NCBI RefSeq assembly: GCF_006345805.1
Contig: NC_042999.1
Coordinates: 12,524,001 to 12,588,000 of the forward strand
Direction of reading: 5' to 3'
Source of the DNA: Octopus sinensis
Lineage: Eukaryota
DNA: 64,000 nucleotides
Shown: positions 60,755 through 64,000 of the stretch, piece after piece
Numbering within the stretch: the first letter of the stretch is position 1
How the letters are laid out: each line of letters starts with the position of its first letter
Made by a program: the position numbers and the translations under genes
The notes under the pieces: model-generated
Seen by the model: the letters and a program-made list of their open reading frames with translations, nothing else
The model's database searches: none
What the model was told of the DNA's origin: nothing

Positions 60755-61110
60755 TAATGCTTTCTAATTTTGGCACAAGGCCATCAAGTTTGGGGGAGGG
60801 GCTAAGTCAGTTGCAGCAATTTCAGTGTTCAGCCTCCACAAGGATGAAAAGCAAAGTCAACTTCCAGTGGCATCTGAACTCAGAATGTAAAGATGCATGC
60901 AATGCCACTGTTAACAATTCTTCCAGCTTGCCACGTTGAACGGTAATATTAATACTGATAATCCTTTCAACAGTAAGGACAAGTCCTGAAATTTGTGGAG
61001 AGGGGCCAGTTGATTACATCCATCCAGCCGCTTGGCTGATTCTCGTTTCATTGACCCTGAAAGGATGAAATGCAAAGTTGACCTCAATGGAATTTGAACT
61101 CAGAAACAGG
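60755..61110 (+). mobile_element. Two adjacent decayed Nin-domain SINEs
   Basis: aaggatgaaaagcaaagtcaac..gaactcagaatgtaaag (about 60840-60890) and gaccctgaaaggatgaaatgcaaagttgacctcaatggaatttgaactcagaa (about 61050-61105). Confidence 0.65.
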
Positions 61111-61155
61111 ATACAGTAGATAGAGGACAAGTGGGAGAAGATTGGGGGGAGAGAG

Positions 61156-61205
<50 letters not shown>

Positions 61206-61257
61206 AGACAAAGATGACATATGGTTGGGAAGGTTGTAAGAGTGCGGGGCAGATATA

Positions 61258-64000
61258 ATAATAATAATCAATTCTTTTTTATTGGCCACAAGGGCTGACA
61301 CGCATGATTACATAAAGGGACAAGACAGGACGAAAGGTTACAAAGGGTTTTGTCCGTTTGTTAAAAAATCCGTGTAAAAAAACTTTAAAAACAATGATTA
61401 TTAAAACAATGAAAAACTCCCAAAAGGGGGAGACATCTCGAAAGGTTCCTGGTGGAAAAAACCCTACAAAAGCCAACGGGAGCCTGGTCAAAAAAAGGGG
61501 GTGTAGAGAGTCCCCTTTCTTCTCCTTTTACATTACCTTTTTCTTTGAAATCACAGGCGAAACCTGAGAACTGGTCCATTTATACAGGCCAGTCTCGCAC
61601 AATTCACCCACCTTTCATAAAACTTGCTATCGGACAGTACTTTCCTCTCTAACCTCATCTTCCTTTTCAAGTGAAACTTGAAAAAGTTGATGAGGCCTTG
61701 ACCAAAGAGGAAAGTGTCTGACTTTAGCCCTTTCAACCGAGTCCACCACACGACTTCTTTCACCACAGCCACAAGGCACAAGAAAACGGCCTCGCCCTCC
61801 TTGTTAAAGGAGGTCGGCGGGGCAATCTTCACTATGGATTCGGCCGATAGTCAGATCCGTCCTATACGTGACAGTAGCTGTTCGACATAAACCCATATTT
61901 CAGCAATACTCGGGCACTGAACGAGTGCGTGCAGAACGGTTTCGTCGTCCCGGCAACACCTCGGGCAGGCCCGGCTGACGGCACTTCTGTGCCGGTAGAG
62001 TTTATCTCGAACAGGCAGAGCCCCTCGGTAGCACTGCCAGGCGAGAGACCTCTGGAAATTATCCATCGGCCCCGGCCCGAAAGTCCTCCCGAACAGACCG
62101 CTCAGTTCGTCGTCTTCAACGCCTAGAGTTTCCCCGAGAACGTCGTCGCATTTTTCCTCCACTAACCCTCTATAGAACGCTAGAGTGGAGCTGTAACCGA
62201 CCGCATTGCCCGCCTGGTGGAGGGCGGAGAGGGCTTGACGGCACTCGAGGTGCCAAGCGCCCTTTCTCGGTCTACGTTTGATCCAGGTCTGCAGCTCCGT
62301 CAAAGAGACGAGCTGCGGAAAATCGCGTCTGACAAAAGACGACCACACCTGTTCACCGTCTAGGAAGCGCTTGAGATGCCGCAGCCTGAGCGCATGTCTG
62401 CGCAACAGCAACCACGGCATTCCAAGGCCTCCGTTCAGCGGTCGTTGACAGCAGATGGATCGCCTGACCAGTGGCACCTGACCCTTCCACAAAAAGTCGA
62501 AGAGCAGGCGTACCAGCTTGGCCAACCAGCGGTCAGGACAAGGGACGACGGTCAAGCGGTAATAGATGACGGATGCGATGTACGCATTCGCCACCTCCGC
62601 TCGACCTTTCAGGGACAGCTTCCTCTCGGCCCATTTCTGGGTGAGACGTGCCACCCTGCTCGTCACCTCTTCCCAGTTCTTATCCACCTGGAGGTCCGGA
62701 CCGAACCAGACCCCGAGCAGTTTAACGGGTCCGTCTGTCCAGCGCCCTACGACGCTGTTGGACGGCATGGGCTTGCCTCTCCAGGTGCCCAGTTGCAAGC
62801 CCACAGACTTTTCCGCGTTAATCTTTGCCCCTGTCACCGCTTCGTACTGGTTTAGCGTCTCGCCAATCAGGCCAATGTGCCTGTGGCTCGACACCACCAC
62901 GGTGACGTCGTCGGCATAAGCAGACACGCTGTTTCCGCCTCCTAGATCGCGCGGGATACCCCTCAAAGCCTCCAACTTGCGCAGTAATGGCTCGAGAGTC
63001 AAAATGTACAAGAGGGAGGAGAGAGGGCATCCTTGGCGGACCGAACGCGAGATGTCGAACGGTTCCGAAAGGTGACCGTTCACCCGTATCACTGAGCAGA
63101 TGTTGCTGTATAAAGCAGCGATCCACCCGCGGAAGACTGGACCGAAGCCGGCTGCCCTGAGGACAGCTGCCAGGTACCGATGGTCGACCCTATCGAAGGC
63201 TTTACTCTGATCCAAGTTGATCAAAGCCCCACCCGCGCCAGCGTCGTTACCCACCCTCTCTATGATGTAGCGCATGAGATGGAGGTTGTCGTGTATCGAC
63301 CTGGTCGGCACGGCGCATGTCTGCGTCTCGCCGACCAGCTTGTCCACGACAAGCGCCAATCTCTTGGCTAGCACCTTGGCCAAAATCTTCAACTCTGCAT
63401 TGAGCAGAGTGATGGGCCGGAAATTCCCTATAACGTCCCCCTTGTTTGGGTCCTTCTTTAGCAAAGCCACCACCCTCGACAGACAAAAGCAGGAATTCTC
63501 CCGTTTTGCTGCCAGTTGCAGTAGACGTTTGCCAACAGGTCCGCAAACAAGTCTGGCATTGAAAAGTAAAGCTCGTAGGGCAGACCATCCAACCCGGCGA
63601 TCTACCTCTCGTGCAACTCTTCATCGCTTCCTGTACTTCCCAGGCAGATATCGGTCCTTCGCAGCACTCTGCCTCGCTGTCCGAGAGTTGCGGCAGTCCG
63701 TCCAGGTACACACCGAAGTCTGTACCGTTGGTGTCCGTTCCACCGCTCGTCCCAAACAGTTGAGCAAAGTGCCGCTGAAGCACCGTACACATCTGCTTCG
63801 GTTGGGTAACCTCGCGCCCGTTCTGGTCCACCAAAGACCGAATGGTTGCTCTGTTGCCTCGCTTCGCCTCCGCCACGCGGGCCCATCGAGCGGCTCTAGT
63901 CCCCTCCCCGCTTAGCGAACGTGCCTTAGCTCTGACAACGCAGCCTTCGTGTTTGGCGTCGAAGTGTTGGTCGAGGGCCAACCTTGCCGCCAACACGTCG
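61258..64000 (-). mobile_element. Tx1/L1-clade LINE (RT and C-terminal Zn knuckle), runs off the window end
   Basis: ORF 61851-63473: NFRPITLLNAELKILAK, LDQSKAFDRVDH, VRQGCPLS, AYADD, CPRC...ETVLHAL..C; upstream frame 63247-63996; AATAAA-containing 3' end and (TAT)n tail near 61258-61280. Confidence 0.92.

Overview
AT-rich, microsatellite-laden eukaryotic genomic DNA dominated by transposable elements. The SINE/LINE repertoire suggests a cephalopod, probably Octopus (inference). The only host-gene piece I can support is a 154-bp first coding exon (19748-19595, minus) of a DUF21/CNNM (Mam3-like) membrane protein, absent from the ORF track; no further exon was recognised, so 1-19594 is probably part of a long intron 1. 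Elements seen: four long and many short copies of one RTE LINE with a (GAT)n tail and a hypervariable 3'UTR; two BovB-type RTE pieces; two CR1-group families; a Tx1/L1 element; a Helitron; a decayed mariner; two hAT-like MITEs; tRNA-derived and Nin-type SINEs; and several Penelope-like (PLE) sequences. The most interesting signal is a set of minimal type-I hammerhead ribozymes. Three lie in a near-identical 563-bp non-coding tandem plus fold-back array (38.6-40.6 kb, retrozyme-like), two in the inverted pseudo-LTRs of a Naiad-like PLE (50.1-53.3 kb), and decayed versions lie at 37.6 kb and possibly 40.8 kb. TE boundaries are read by eye and are approximate unless a TSD or TIR is quoted.
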